Assembly: GCA_018780035.1 (NCBI GenBank)
Contig: JADMKE010000003.1
Span: 210,753-274,752 of the forward strand
Reading direction: 5' to 3'
From: Candidatus Sericytochromatia bacterium
Lineage (GTDB): Bacteria > Cyanobacteriota > Sericytochromatia > UBA7694
DNA length: 64,000 nucleotides
This document shows positions 1-8,050 of this stretch, piece by piece. Below the pieces are notes generated by a model. The model saw nothing but the letters and a program-made list of their open reading frames with translations, was not told where the DNA came from and ran no database searches. The position numbers and the translations under genes were made by a program. How positions within the stretch are numbered: the first letter of the stretch is position 1; each line of letters starts with the position of its first letter.

Positions 1-613
1 CCCCTTCCATCACAGCAGCAGCCCCTTCCAGCACCGCGCCAGGGGAACTTAACAGCACCTCGCCGGCAGCGGGCAAAATATCTCCTGCTGCGGGCAAAGC
101 GTCTGCCACTTGCACTCCCGCATGGATCAAATCGGGTCCGTACCAAAGAGCTGTTTGGGCGACATCTGAGGCCACTTCCCAGGCCAGGATTTCACCTGTC
201 GAATACTCTCGGCTTTCAAGTGAAATTCCCGGTTTGAGCACAGGCTTAACTTCGGGCAATTTTTCACCCTGTTTCATTTGTTCAGAAACCAACAGCAATT
301 CGCCAGCATCCAGCCAATAGCCCCCACAGCCAGGACAGACATCCAATTCAACCGGGTATTGCGTGCCCCATTGGAATGTTTTGAGTCCTGTGCCGACACA
401 GCGAGGACAGGCCCTGTGCGCTCCGGCAATGGGGTCTTTGACCTCCCAGCCTGTGCTGTTCATGAGTTGATCGACATCGGGAGATTTGTTTAGGACTTTT
501 TCCAATTCACCGCGATCAAACCAAATGCCTTTACAACCCTGTACACAGACATCCACCATCACAGGTGGAACAGATACTTCTTGCAAAACACCACTACAGC
601 TGGGGCAATACAT
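1..613 (-). CDS. Partial CDS (3' end off window): tandem Zn-ribbon protein with zf-TFIIB-like CxxC...CxxC repeats
   Basis: Not in the ORF track because it is open at the window edge. The reverse-strand translation reads MYCPSCSGVLQEVSVPPVMVDVCVQGCKGIWFDRGELEK...CPRCVGT...CPGCGGYWLDAGEL, which is two CxxC-x(n)-CxxC zinc-ribbon units. A GGAG sits about 9 nt upstream of the ATG at 613, and an alternative ATG lies at 658. Confidence 0.45.
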   Translation of the reverse strand, partial: MYCPSCSGVLQEVSVPPVMVDVCVQGCKGIWFDRGELEKVLNKSPDVDQLMNSTGWEVKDPIAGAHRACPRCVGTGLKTFQWGTQYPVELDVCPGCGGYWLDAGELLLVSEQMKQGEKLPEVKPVLKPGISLESREYSTGEILAWEVASDVAQTALWYGPDLIHAGVQVADALPAAGDILPAAGEVLLSSPGAVLEGAAAVMEG

Positions 614-783
614 GTCTTTAATCTCCACAGAAACGACTGGATTTGAAAACAAGAGCATAGTAACAGGTACAGGATTGAAATCCAATCACCTGAGCAGGCT
701 CAGTCAATTCTCTGATCCAGATCAACGCAGTTGAAAAGAAATCGCTTTAAAATGAATGGAGTGAATCACAAGAAAGTTGAGTT

Positions 784-1455
784 ATGCCCAACAATCCCAT
801 CTTAGAAACCATCCGGGCCCGTCACTGCAAGCGGGCCTATTTGCAAACCCCTGTTCCGCGTGAGCTGCTAGAAGAAATTCTTGCGGCAGCGGGAGAGGCG
901 CCTTCTTCCAAAAATACCCAGCCCTGGGGGGTGGCGGTGGTCAGTGGAAAGTCCCGTGACGCATTGTCTGATTTGATTTGTGCCAAATTTGACCAGGGTG
1001 AAAGTGAAGACCCCGATTATATTTACCACAACGAACCACTTTCTGCAGAATTCATGCAACGTGCCCGCGAATGTGGTTATGGCCTGTTTGAACTCAAAGG
1101 GATTGACCGCCACGACCGGCGCATGCGCTTGGCCCACAACCGCGAAAATTTTACCTTTTTTGGTGCGCCAGTGGCTCTGTTTTTTCATTTGCCCAGTGAT
1201 GCCGAACGTGGCAATTTTCTCGATCTGGGCTTTTTTATGCAAAATCTGATGCTGGGTTTGGTCGGTTGTGGTTTGGCCTCTTGCCCCCAATTCAGCGTGA
1301 CCAGTTACAGTCAGACGATTCGGGCTTTTTTGGGGCTACAAGGCCGAATTTTGGTCAGTGGGCTGACAGTGGGTTATCCCGATCCAGAGGCTTTGGTTAA
1401 TACCTATGTGCCTCCGCGGCTGCCTCTGGGGGATTTTGTCAGTTGGTTTGATTAA
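784..1455 (+). CDS. NAD(P)H nitroreductase family protein
   Basis: The N-terminal motif R..CKRAY.......ELLEEILAAAGEAPSSKNTQPWGVAVV is typical of the nitroreductase fold. Length is 223 aa. Confidence 0.8.
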   Translation: MPNNPILETIRARHCKRAYLQTPVPRELLEEILAAAGEAPSSKNTQPWGVAVVSGKSRDALSDLICAKFDQGESEDPDYIYHNEPLSAEFMQRARECGYGLFELKGIDRHDRRMRLAHNRENFTFFGAPVALFFHLPSDAERGNFLDLGFFMQNLMLGLVGCGLASCPQFSVTSYSQTIRAFLGLQGRILVSGLTVGYPDPEALVNTYVPPRLPLGDFVSWFD

Positions 1456-1458
1456 TTT

Positions 1459-1486
1459 TTGAAAAAAATTTTTTTGGGGCTATAAT
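1459..1486 (+). promoter_or_regulatory. Sigma70-like promoter upstream of the PEP carboxykinase gene (TTGAAA, 16-nt spacer, TATAAT)
   Basis: The -35 TTGAAA at 1459-1464 and -10 TATAAT at 1481-1486 are separated by a 16-nt spacer. The ATG lies about 45 nt downstream with a GAGAGG RBS. Confidence 0.45.
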
Positions 1487-1531
1487 GGCAGAGTTGCCAT
1501 ACCCCAAGCAACAAAAGAGAGGTTAGCGTTT

Positions 1532-3406
1532 ATGAGCATCGATCTTCAAGCTCCCGATTATGTCCGCAATGCCGAGGCTTTGGCCTGGATTCAAGAGGTG
1601 GTCAATCTCTGTCAGCCCGACGCCATTCACTGGTGTGACGGATCTCAAGAGGAATATGACAGTTTATGTCAAGAAATGGTGGAGAAAGGCACATTTAAGC
1701 GTCTAAATCCTGAAAAAAGACCCAATAGTTTTTTGGCCCTTTCTGACCCTGGGGATGTGGCGCGTGTCGAAGACAAAACCTATATCTGTAGCCGCCGCAA
1801 ACAAGATGCCGGTCCCACCAATAATTGGATGGACCCCAAAGAGATGAAAGGGATTCTCAATAAACTCTTTCATGGCTGTATGAAAGGCCGCACGCTTTAT
1901 GTGGTGCCTTTTAGTATGGGGCCACTGGGTTCGAATATTGCCCAAATTGGGATTGAAATCTCCGATTCCGCTTATGTGGCGGTCAATATGCGCATCATGA
2001 CCCGCATGGGTAAAAAAGTCTTTGATATCCTCGGTGAAGATGGCGAATTTGTGCCCTGTTTGCACTCGGTGGGTATGCCGCTCGCTGACGGTCAAGCTGA
2101 CGTGATGTGGCCCTGCAATAACCAAGAAAAATACATCGTCCATTTTCCAGAAGAGCGGGCGATTTGGTCGTATGGCAGTGGCTATGGCGGCAATGCCCTA
2201 CTCGGTAAAAAGTGTTTTGCTCTGCGCATTGCCTCTGCCATGGGCCAAGATGAAGGTTGGCTGGCAGAACATATGTTGATCATGGGGATTGAATCCCCCG
2301 ATCAGAAAAAAACCTATGTGGGCGCCGCTTTTCCGAGTGCCTGCGGTAAAACCAATTTTGCCATGTTGATTCCCCCCCCATCCTTCCTCGAAAAAGGCTG
2401 GAAAGTCACCACCATCGGTGACGATATCGCCTGGCTCAAACGCGGCGAAGATGGCAAACTTTACGCCATTAACCCCGAAGCGGGTTATTTTGGCGTGGCC
2501 CCAGGTACTTCGTACGGCTCCAACCCCAATGCGATGGATTCGATTCGTTCCAATTCAATTTTCACCAATGTGGCCCTCACTCCCGATGGCGATGTCTGGT
2601 GGGAAGGCATGACGGAAGAAGAACCTGCAGAATTGACCGATTGGCAGGGGCAGGCCTGGACCCCAGGTTGTGGCCGCAAAGCCGCTCATCCCAATGCCCG
2701 CTTTACCGCTCCGGCTCACCAATGTCCTTCGGTTGACCCAGAATGGGAAAACCCCCAAGGTGTGCCGATCAGTGCCTTCATCTTTGGCGGGCGCCGCGCC
2801 ACGGCTGTGCCGCTCATCTACCAAGCTTTTAATTGGAATTTTGGAGTCTATTTGGCCGCAACCATTGGTTCTGAGACCACTGCTGCCGCCCAAGGTGCTT
2901 CTATTGGTTTGGTGCGCCGTGACCCGATGGCCATGCTGCCTTTCTGCGGGTATCACATGGGTGATTATTTTAATCACTGGCTCGAAATGGGCCGCAACAC
3001 GCCCAATCCTCCCCGCATTTTCTGTGTCAATTGGTTCCGCAAGGGCCCCAATGGCGAGTTTCTCTGGCCCGGATTTGGCGAAAATATGCGCGTGCTGAAA
3101 TGGGTTGTTGAGCGTGTCCGCGGCAAAGCTTACGGGATCGAAAGTCCCTTGGGTTGGATGCCCAAATACGAAGACCTCGATTGGGAGGGGCTGGACTTCA
3201 GCCGCGAACAATTTAATGAAGTCATGTCGGTCAACCGCGAAATGTGGAAAGAAGAAGTGCTCTCCCATCAGAGCCTCTTCGACAAACTCTACGATCGCTT
3301 GCCCAAAGAGTTTTTGCTGATGCGTGAACTCCTGCTCTCCAGTCTCTGGCGTTCGCCTGAACGCTGGCGTATGGCGGATGAGCGCTATGTTGACATTAGC
3401 CATTAA
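1532..3406 (+). CDS. pckG: Phosphoenolpyruvate carboxykinase (GTP)
   Basis: This is a 624-aa ORF with full-length similarity to GTP-dependent PEPCK, including kinase-1a-like and GTP-binding regions (e.g. [42 protein letters not shown]). Confidence 0.93.
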   Translation: MSIDLQAPDYVRNAEALAWIQEVVNLCQPDAIHWCDGSQEEYDSLCQEMVEKGTFKRLNPEKRPNSFLALSDPGDVARVEDKTYICSRRKQDAGPTNNWMDPKEMKGILNKLFHGCMKGRTLYVVPFSMGPLGSNIAQIGIEISDSAYVAVNMRIMTRMGKKVFDILGEDGEFVPCLHSVGMPLADGQADVMWPCNNQEKYIVHFPEERAIWSYGSGYGGNALLGKKCFALRIASAMGQDEGWLAEHMLIMGIESPDQKKTYVGAAFPSACGKTNFAMLIPPPSFLEKGWKVTTIGDDIAWLKRGEDGKLYAINPEAGYFGVAPGTSYGSNPNAMDSIRSNSIFTNVALTPDGDVWWEGMTEEEPAELTDWQGQAWTPGCGRKAAHPNARFTAPAHQCPSVDPEWENPQGVPISAFIFGGRRATAVPLIYQAFNWNFGVYLAATIGSETTAAAQGASIGLVRRDPMAMLPFCGYHMGDYFNHWLEMGRNTPNPPRIFCVNWFRKGPNGEFLWPGFGENMRVLKWVVERVRGKAYGIESPLGWMPKYEDLDWEGLDFSREQFNEVMSVNREMWKEEVLSHQSLFDKLYDRLPKEFLLMRELLLSSLWRSPERWRMADERYVDISH

Positions 3407-3427
3407 CCCGAATTAGTCCAAACAGAA

Positions 3428-3456
3428 GGCCCCCTCTTTTGAGGGGGCCTTTGTTA
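3428..3456. terminator. Bidirectional rho-independent terminator between convergent genes
   Basis: GGCCCCCTC-TTTT-GAGGGGGCC is a perfect 9-bp GC-rich stem followed by TTTGTTATTT. On the other strand it gives an A-rich/T-rich flank too. Confidence 0.7.
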
Positions 3457-3472
3457 TTTACTCAGACCAATT

Positions 3473-4639
3473 TTAAGCTGCTGGATTGGCCGGAGGAGGA
3501 GATGCGGGTGGTTGATTCCCTGGTTGATTTCCTGGTTGATTCCCTGGTTGATTTCCAGGTTGTGCCATGGGTGGTTGTCCTGGTTGCATCATGGGCCCGC
3601 AGCGGTGCTGACCCATGGCTGAACCAGCAGGCATCATGCCGGGCTGGCCGGGCATCATGCTCGGTGGCTGTGCAGGCTCAGAGGTTTGGGCAATCCGCAT
3701 CCCAGCTGCTGGTACGGGTGGCTGTGGCTCGGTTTGACCGGGTCTGGGTGGTTGGCCGGGTTGCATCATGCCAGGTTGACCGGGTTGGCAACCCACGGGA
3801 ATGCGGGGACAGGCGGGTGGCATAATCACTTTGCCTGTATCGGGTTCACCGGCTTTGATAATTTTAAGTGCGCCTTGTAAGGTGATTTCAAATTCGCCTT
3901 TTATCAGGGTGCGGCTTTCACCATTGGGTTTGGCGAAGTCAAGCGAACCATCGGCTTTGGCCACAACTTTGCCACAGGCCAAACCCATTTTTGCACCCGC
4001 GCGCTGAGGCGGCTGGGGAATAAAAAACTTATCTCCTTGCAAAACTTCTTTGGGTGTCTGCTTAAAATTGGGGCGTTCACCGGGTTTGAATTCGAAGCGT
4101 TGGATGGTCTGTTTGTTCACATCATGAACGCTGACTTCCCCTTCACGGTGTACAAATTGGGGAGCACGTTCATCAAATTGACCATCGCGGTTAAAGTCAA
4201 AACCAGCGACATTTTCCTGAAAAGCCAATTTGCCTTCAGCATCTTTGCTAAAACGGGAGACACCGCGCATCAACATGCGTCCGTTTTGTCTTTGAGCGGG
4301 ATCGATTGGCATAATCACAGGTTCTGGGGCATCTTTGTATTGAACTTCAATTTCTGATGCATCAGCGGGCAAATCACTGAGTGTCATTTCACCATTGGCA
4401 TCAACGCTGTAGGTGAGCGTTTTGCCATTGGCGGAAACCTTCTGAATATCTGCTGCGGTGACGGCAGCGGTAGAACCATCAATTTCACGGTTGAGGTTTA
4501 ATTGCAATGATTGCAAAGCGGCCTGAACAGAGGGGTTGTTGAGCAGGGTGCTGAGATCTCCACAGGCACTTAAACTCAGAGACAAAACGAGGCCCAGGCC
4601 TCCCAACATTTTACGGGTCGCCAACTTTGAGTACTTCAT
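3473..4639 (-). CDS. Lipoprotein with C-terminal Pro/Gln/Gly-rich low-complexity tail ((NQPG)n repeats)
   Basis: Signal peptide with lipobox (LSLSAC). The C-terminal 120 aa is QPG-rich and ends in NQPGNQPGNQPGNQP, encoded by a 12-bp DNA tandem repeat. Confidence 0.7.
   Translation of the reverse strand: MKYSKLATRKMLGGLGLVLSLSLSACGDLSTLLNNPSVQAALQSLQLNLNREIDGSTAAVTAADIQKVSANGKTLTYSVDANGEMTLSDLPADASEIEVQYKDAPEPVIMPIDPAQRQNGRMLMRGVSRFSKDAEGKLAFQENVAGFDFNRDGQFDERAPQFVHREGEVSVHDVNKQTIQRFEFKPGERPNFKQTPKEVLQGDKFFIPQPPQRAGAKMGLACGKVVAKADGSLDFAKPNGESRTLIKGEFEITLQGALKIIKAGEPDTGKVIMPPACPRIPVGCQPGQPGMMQPGQPPRPGQTEPQPPVPAAGMRIAQTSEPAQPPSMMPGQPGMMPAGSAMGQHRCGPMMQPGQPPMAQPGNQPGNQPGNQPGNQPPASPPPANPAA
3510..3563. 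repeat. 12-bp in-frame tandem repeat (ggttgattyccw) x ~4.5 inside the lipoprotein CDS
   Basis: Directly visible as ggttgattccct ggttgatttcct ggttgattccct ggttgatttcca ggttg. It encodes (NQPG)n on the minus strand. Confidence 0.8.
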
Positions 4640-4875
4640 AACTTTCTCCTTGCCAATCTGACATGTTTTTTCTTAACAATATTACTTTAACATCTTTTGG
4701 GGGGGGCAATGTCTCTACCCTATCACAGTTAAAATGTGACTTTAATCAAAAAATTGAATTTCCAGGGCCAGATTGGATCTGTGGTAGAATGATGCAGAAT
4801 ATGAGCGGGATTTGACTTGTTTTCGACAAAAACCAGTACCCATTTGCAGACAGCCGTTCCAAGGAGATTTAACCC

Positions 4876-6051
4876 ATGCAGCAACCGATGCAGCAAAGGA
4901 TGAGCATACGCTCAGCCCGTCCTGTGTCTGCAAGTGACTCCCCTCCCACGGCTCCCAAACCACCTGCAACAACAGCTGTTCGGCCCTTACAAAGACCCGT
5001 TACTCAGGTTTCCAAAAGCCGTCCTCTGCGCATGCAATTGGAACAGCTCAAAGCCAAAGTGATAGGGCTCGAAAACAGGCGTCAACAAACCCTCTCTCCT
5101 GTCTTCAAGCAGGGGATTGAAAATCAAATCAAGGCCCTGCAAAAACAGGTCCAGACAACCACCATCTCTCTTTTACAAGCCCAAAGTCAAGAGCGTTTGT
5201 CCCATTGGCCCCCTTTATTGGGGCTGTTTAAGCTCACACCCAAGAGTCTTGAAAATTGGGAGAGTGTCAGTGATGTGTGGCATGGGCTCTATCCCCCAGA
5301 TTTACAGATATTTTTGGAGTCCGCTCGCAATCAGCGCTTTGCCCATTGGCAAAAACCCCTGTATGATGCTTTTCGCAATTTTGCACAGGGCTTGGCTCCT
5401 GCGCCCACCGATTGGGCTCTGCCCGAAGAACTCACACAAGCCACACCCGTGGTCATGCCTCAAGAGCAAAACTATTGGCAAGAAAGTCTCAGCCTCTTGT
5501 TGCCACTTTTGCCCGCATTAGAAGCGGTTGAACCCATTGTGGTTCCCAGCGAAACCTCAACACAGGTCTCTCCTCCCGTCGCAGACGGTTTTCAGGTCAT
5601 TGCCTTTGAACTTCCACCCAGCCGCAACGACCGCAGTGAAGAAACCGTGGATCAAGTCAGTTCGGCCCAAAAATCTGGGGCAGAATTGGAAGTTCGCTTT
5701 GATATGGGGGCGGGCAAGTCGTTGGTTCGCAACAGTATGGGCATTGTACTCAACCAGGAGAAAAAGACCTATCAGGAATACCTCGATTTGGGCTTTGCCT
5801 GCATCGACAAAGTTGTGGATTCGGGTTTTGTGAATACCAGCCCTCTGCAACAGGCGATTGAGGTCTTTTTAGAGGCCGTGAGCCTCCACAAAGAACGTCA
5901 CGAAGCCTATTTTGGTCTGGGTTATCTCTATAGCTTGGTGCGGGATCTCAACCACTCACTCTATTTTCTCAATTTGGCCTGGAAAATTTCGCGTAACCCC
6001 TCAATTGAGGCCTTTATGAAAAAGGTCAAAGAATCATACGGGTTGACTTGA
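4876..6051 (+). CDS. Hypothetical protein, Pro-rich N-terminus, TPR-like C-terminus
   Basis: 391-aa ORF with no recognisable catalytic motif. The C-terminus (HEAYFGLGYLYSLVRDLNHSLYFLNLAW) is TPR-like. Confidence 0.5.
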   Translation: MQQPMQQRMSIRSARPVSASDSPPTAPKPPATTAVRPLQRPVTQVSKSRPLRMQLEQLKAKVIGLENRRQQTLSPVFKQGIENQIKALQKQVQTTTISLLQAQSQERLSHWPPLLGLFKLTPKSLENWESVSDVWHGLYPPDLQIFLESARNQRFAHWQKPLYDAFRNFAQGLAPAPTDWALPEELTQATPVVMPQEQNYWQESLSLLLPLLPALEAVEPIVVPSETSTQVSPPVADGFQVIAFELPPSRNDRSEETVDQVSSAQKSGAELEVRFDMGAGKSLVRNSMGIVLNQEKKTYQEYLDLGFACIDKVVDSGFVNTSPLQQAIEVFLEAVSLHKERHEAYFGLGYLYSLVRDLNHSLYFLNLAWKISRNPSIEAFMKKVKESYGLT

Positions 6052-7998
6052 GGCCATTTCGGTGGGGTTTGCCTCAGGCGGCGCGCTGACGCGGCGCAAT
6101 TGCAAAAGCCCTTTGCGCGGGATTGCCTGAGAAATTTCCAGCCAAAATTCACTGCCTTCATGTAAATCCAAGGCATCTCCAGCGGGAAAGAGCGTGTCCA
6201 AACAAAAGTCGGGCAGGTGTACAAAGGTCTTTTCGGGTGAAATCGAGACCACCCGCGCTCTAAAAATGCGTGGCGTGGGCAAAGACTGAAAGTATTTATA
6301 CAGCCAATAGCGGTAGTTTTCGCGCTGGATAAAATTCGCGCTAAAAACAGCCTGATCGGAGAGGGCGATCAATTGCTGGATCTGTTCTTCGTTATACAAA
6401 TTGGTTTGGGTATGCAGCCAATGTTTGATCTGGCGGTGTAGGATGAGGTCATTGTAGCGCCGAATCGGTGAGGTAAATTGGGTATAAACGTCTAAACCCA
6501 AACCATAATGGGCTCCGGGACGGACGGTCATTTCAGCCCGTTTGAGCAAAGGACGGCCCTGGGCATTTTCTTCAGTGGGGGCATCTTGGGTTTTGTAAAT
6601 CAAAGGCACACGGGCCTCGGCCAAGAGTTTGGCAACCCAGTGATTGGCCAGAATCATCAGCTCAGAGACCAATAATTGGGCGGGTGAATCGCGTTCGACC
6701 TGTTTGAGTAGGATCTCTTTTTCGGCATTGACCTTGATCCGCAATTCGGGGCGGTTGAATTCGACAGCCCCGCGTGCCAAGCGCTGTTCGCGGTGATGTG
6801 TTGCCAATTGCAATAGGGTCTGCAGCAGTGGCTGAGCATCGAGATTTTGATCCACTTCATCGTAGCTCATGCGCTGTTTCACTTCGATCAGGGTTTCGTG
6901 GATGCTGGCTTTTTGGACTTCAAAGGATGGATTGAGTTCAAAGGCCACCGAAAGGGCCAAACGGGGCTCTCCAGCCACCAACGAGCAAATATTTTGCGAC
7001 AAATGCGGGGGCAGCATTTCAATTTTGCGTTCACACAGGTAGATCGAGGTAAAGCGACGCGAGGCCTCTTGATCCAAAGGGGTATCGGGAATGACGTAAG
7101 TGGATGCATCGGCAATATGCACCCAGAGCCGAAAGCCGGTTTCCGTATTTTCCCAACTCAGGGCATCGTCAATATCTGTGGTCTCAGCATCGTCGATGGT
7201 CAGGGTCTCAAGATAGCGTAGGTCTTTGCGGTTGTTGGGGCAATCTGCGCATACAGAAGCAATTTCTGCCACACTTTCGAGCAAATCCCGTGAAAATTGG
7301 AGTGGGACCTGCATTTCAATCAAACTCAGGTTGATATCTTCGTCCCAAATTCCGGAACGGGTCAACAGGCGCAAACAGCGATCTTCGAGCGAGGCCCCCC
7401 CCACACCCGCTTCGTCAAAAAATTGGCTGACCACCTGAAAATGGCCCGAACGGCGCCCCATTACGGCCACGTCTTGAATCAGCGGCAAAGTGGCTTGCGC
7501 ACCTTCTGGCGGGGGCCCCGGTGCTTTTTCGCACGTTGCGATCCAGCGAATCAAAGCCTGACGGCCCTGGCGCTTTTCTTCTTCGCGGCGCATCATGGCC
7601 TGAATTTGGTTCACATTCTCAGTCGTGCGCGGAATAAAACCCTCGTCACCGCCTTTGCGCTCAAAGTAAATCCGATCTGCTACCAAGGCCCGCAAAAGCG
7701 TTGAGCGGTCGAGATCGCTGGGGTCGGAAAAATACATGCTCGCCAGGGTCTCTAAATCCAGACTCTCGCGTTCATCTGCCAGCACTTCCCAGAGTGTGTG
7801 CAAATCGAGTTTGGGGGCATTTTCAAACTTGCCGGCCCACTCTTTGAGAGCCGCTACACGATCCATGCGGTTCATGCTGGGCGGCAGGGTGCGTTTGAGC
7901 ACGTGTAAAATTTTGCGCTCATGAAGATTGAGTTCTTTGTTGTTTTCTGCCAAAATGCGCACATGTTGGGGGTTGGTCAATATACAGACGCCCACCAT
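6034..7998 (-). CDS. rnr: RNase R / RNase II family 3'-5' exoribonuclease (RNB domain)
   Basis: RNB-domain motifs are present (FTSPIRRYNDLILHRQIKHWL, TIDDAETTDIDDAL). The ORF-track start at 8184 would overlap the upstream fadJ-like gene by 134 nt, so I place the start at the internal Met (MVGVC...). The exact start is uncertain. Confidence 0.8.
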   Translation of the reverse strand: MVGVCILTNPQHVRILAENNKELNLHERKILHVLKRTLPPSMNRMDRVAALKEWAGKFENAPKLDLHTLWEVLADERESLDLETLASMYFSDPSDLDRSTLLRALVADRIYFERKGGDEGFIPRTTENVNQIQAMMRREEEKRQGRQALIRWIATCEKAPGPPPEGAQATLPLIQDVAVMGRRSGHFQVVSQFFDEAGVGGASLEDRCLRLLTRSGIWDEDINLSLIEMQVPLQFSRDLLESVAEIASVCADCPNNRKDLRYLETLTIDDAETTDIDDALSWENTETGFRLWVHIADASTYVIPDTPLDQEASRRFTSIYLCERKIEMLPPHLSQNICSLVAGEPRLALSVAFELNPSFEVQKASIHETLIEVKQRMSYDEVDQNLDAQPLLQTLLQLATHHREQRLARGAVEFNRPELRIKVNAEKEILLKQVERDSPAQLLVSELMILANHWVAKLLAEARVPLIYKTQDAPTEENAQGRPLLKRAEMTVRPGAHYGLGLDVYTQFTSPIRRYNDLILHRQIKHWLHTQTNLYNEEQIQQLIALSDQAVFSANFIQRENYRYWLYKYFQSLPTPRIFRARVVSISPEKTFVHLPDFCLDTLFPAGDALDLHEGSEFWLEISQAIPRKGLLQLRRVSAPPEANPTEMASSQPV

Positions 7999-8050
7999 CA
8001 GGTCGCTTTTTTGTAAAAACTCGACTAGGGTTCCAGACTGCACGGCGAAA

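Noticed and set aside
2555-3403. 282-aa minus-strand ORF, together with the 868-1290 minus-strand and 3439-3825 plus-strand ORFs
   Set aside because: They are antisense to pckG, the nitroreductase gene and the QPG-repeat lipoprotein respectively, and carry no motifs. The low-complexity repeat creates the open antisense frame at 3439-3825.
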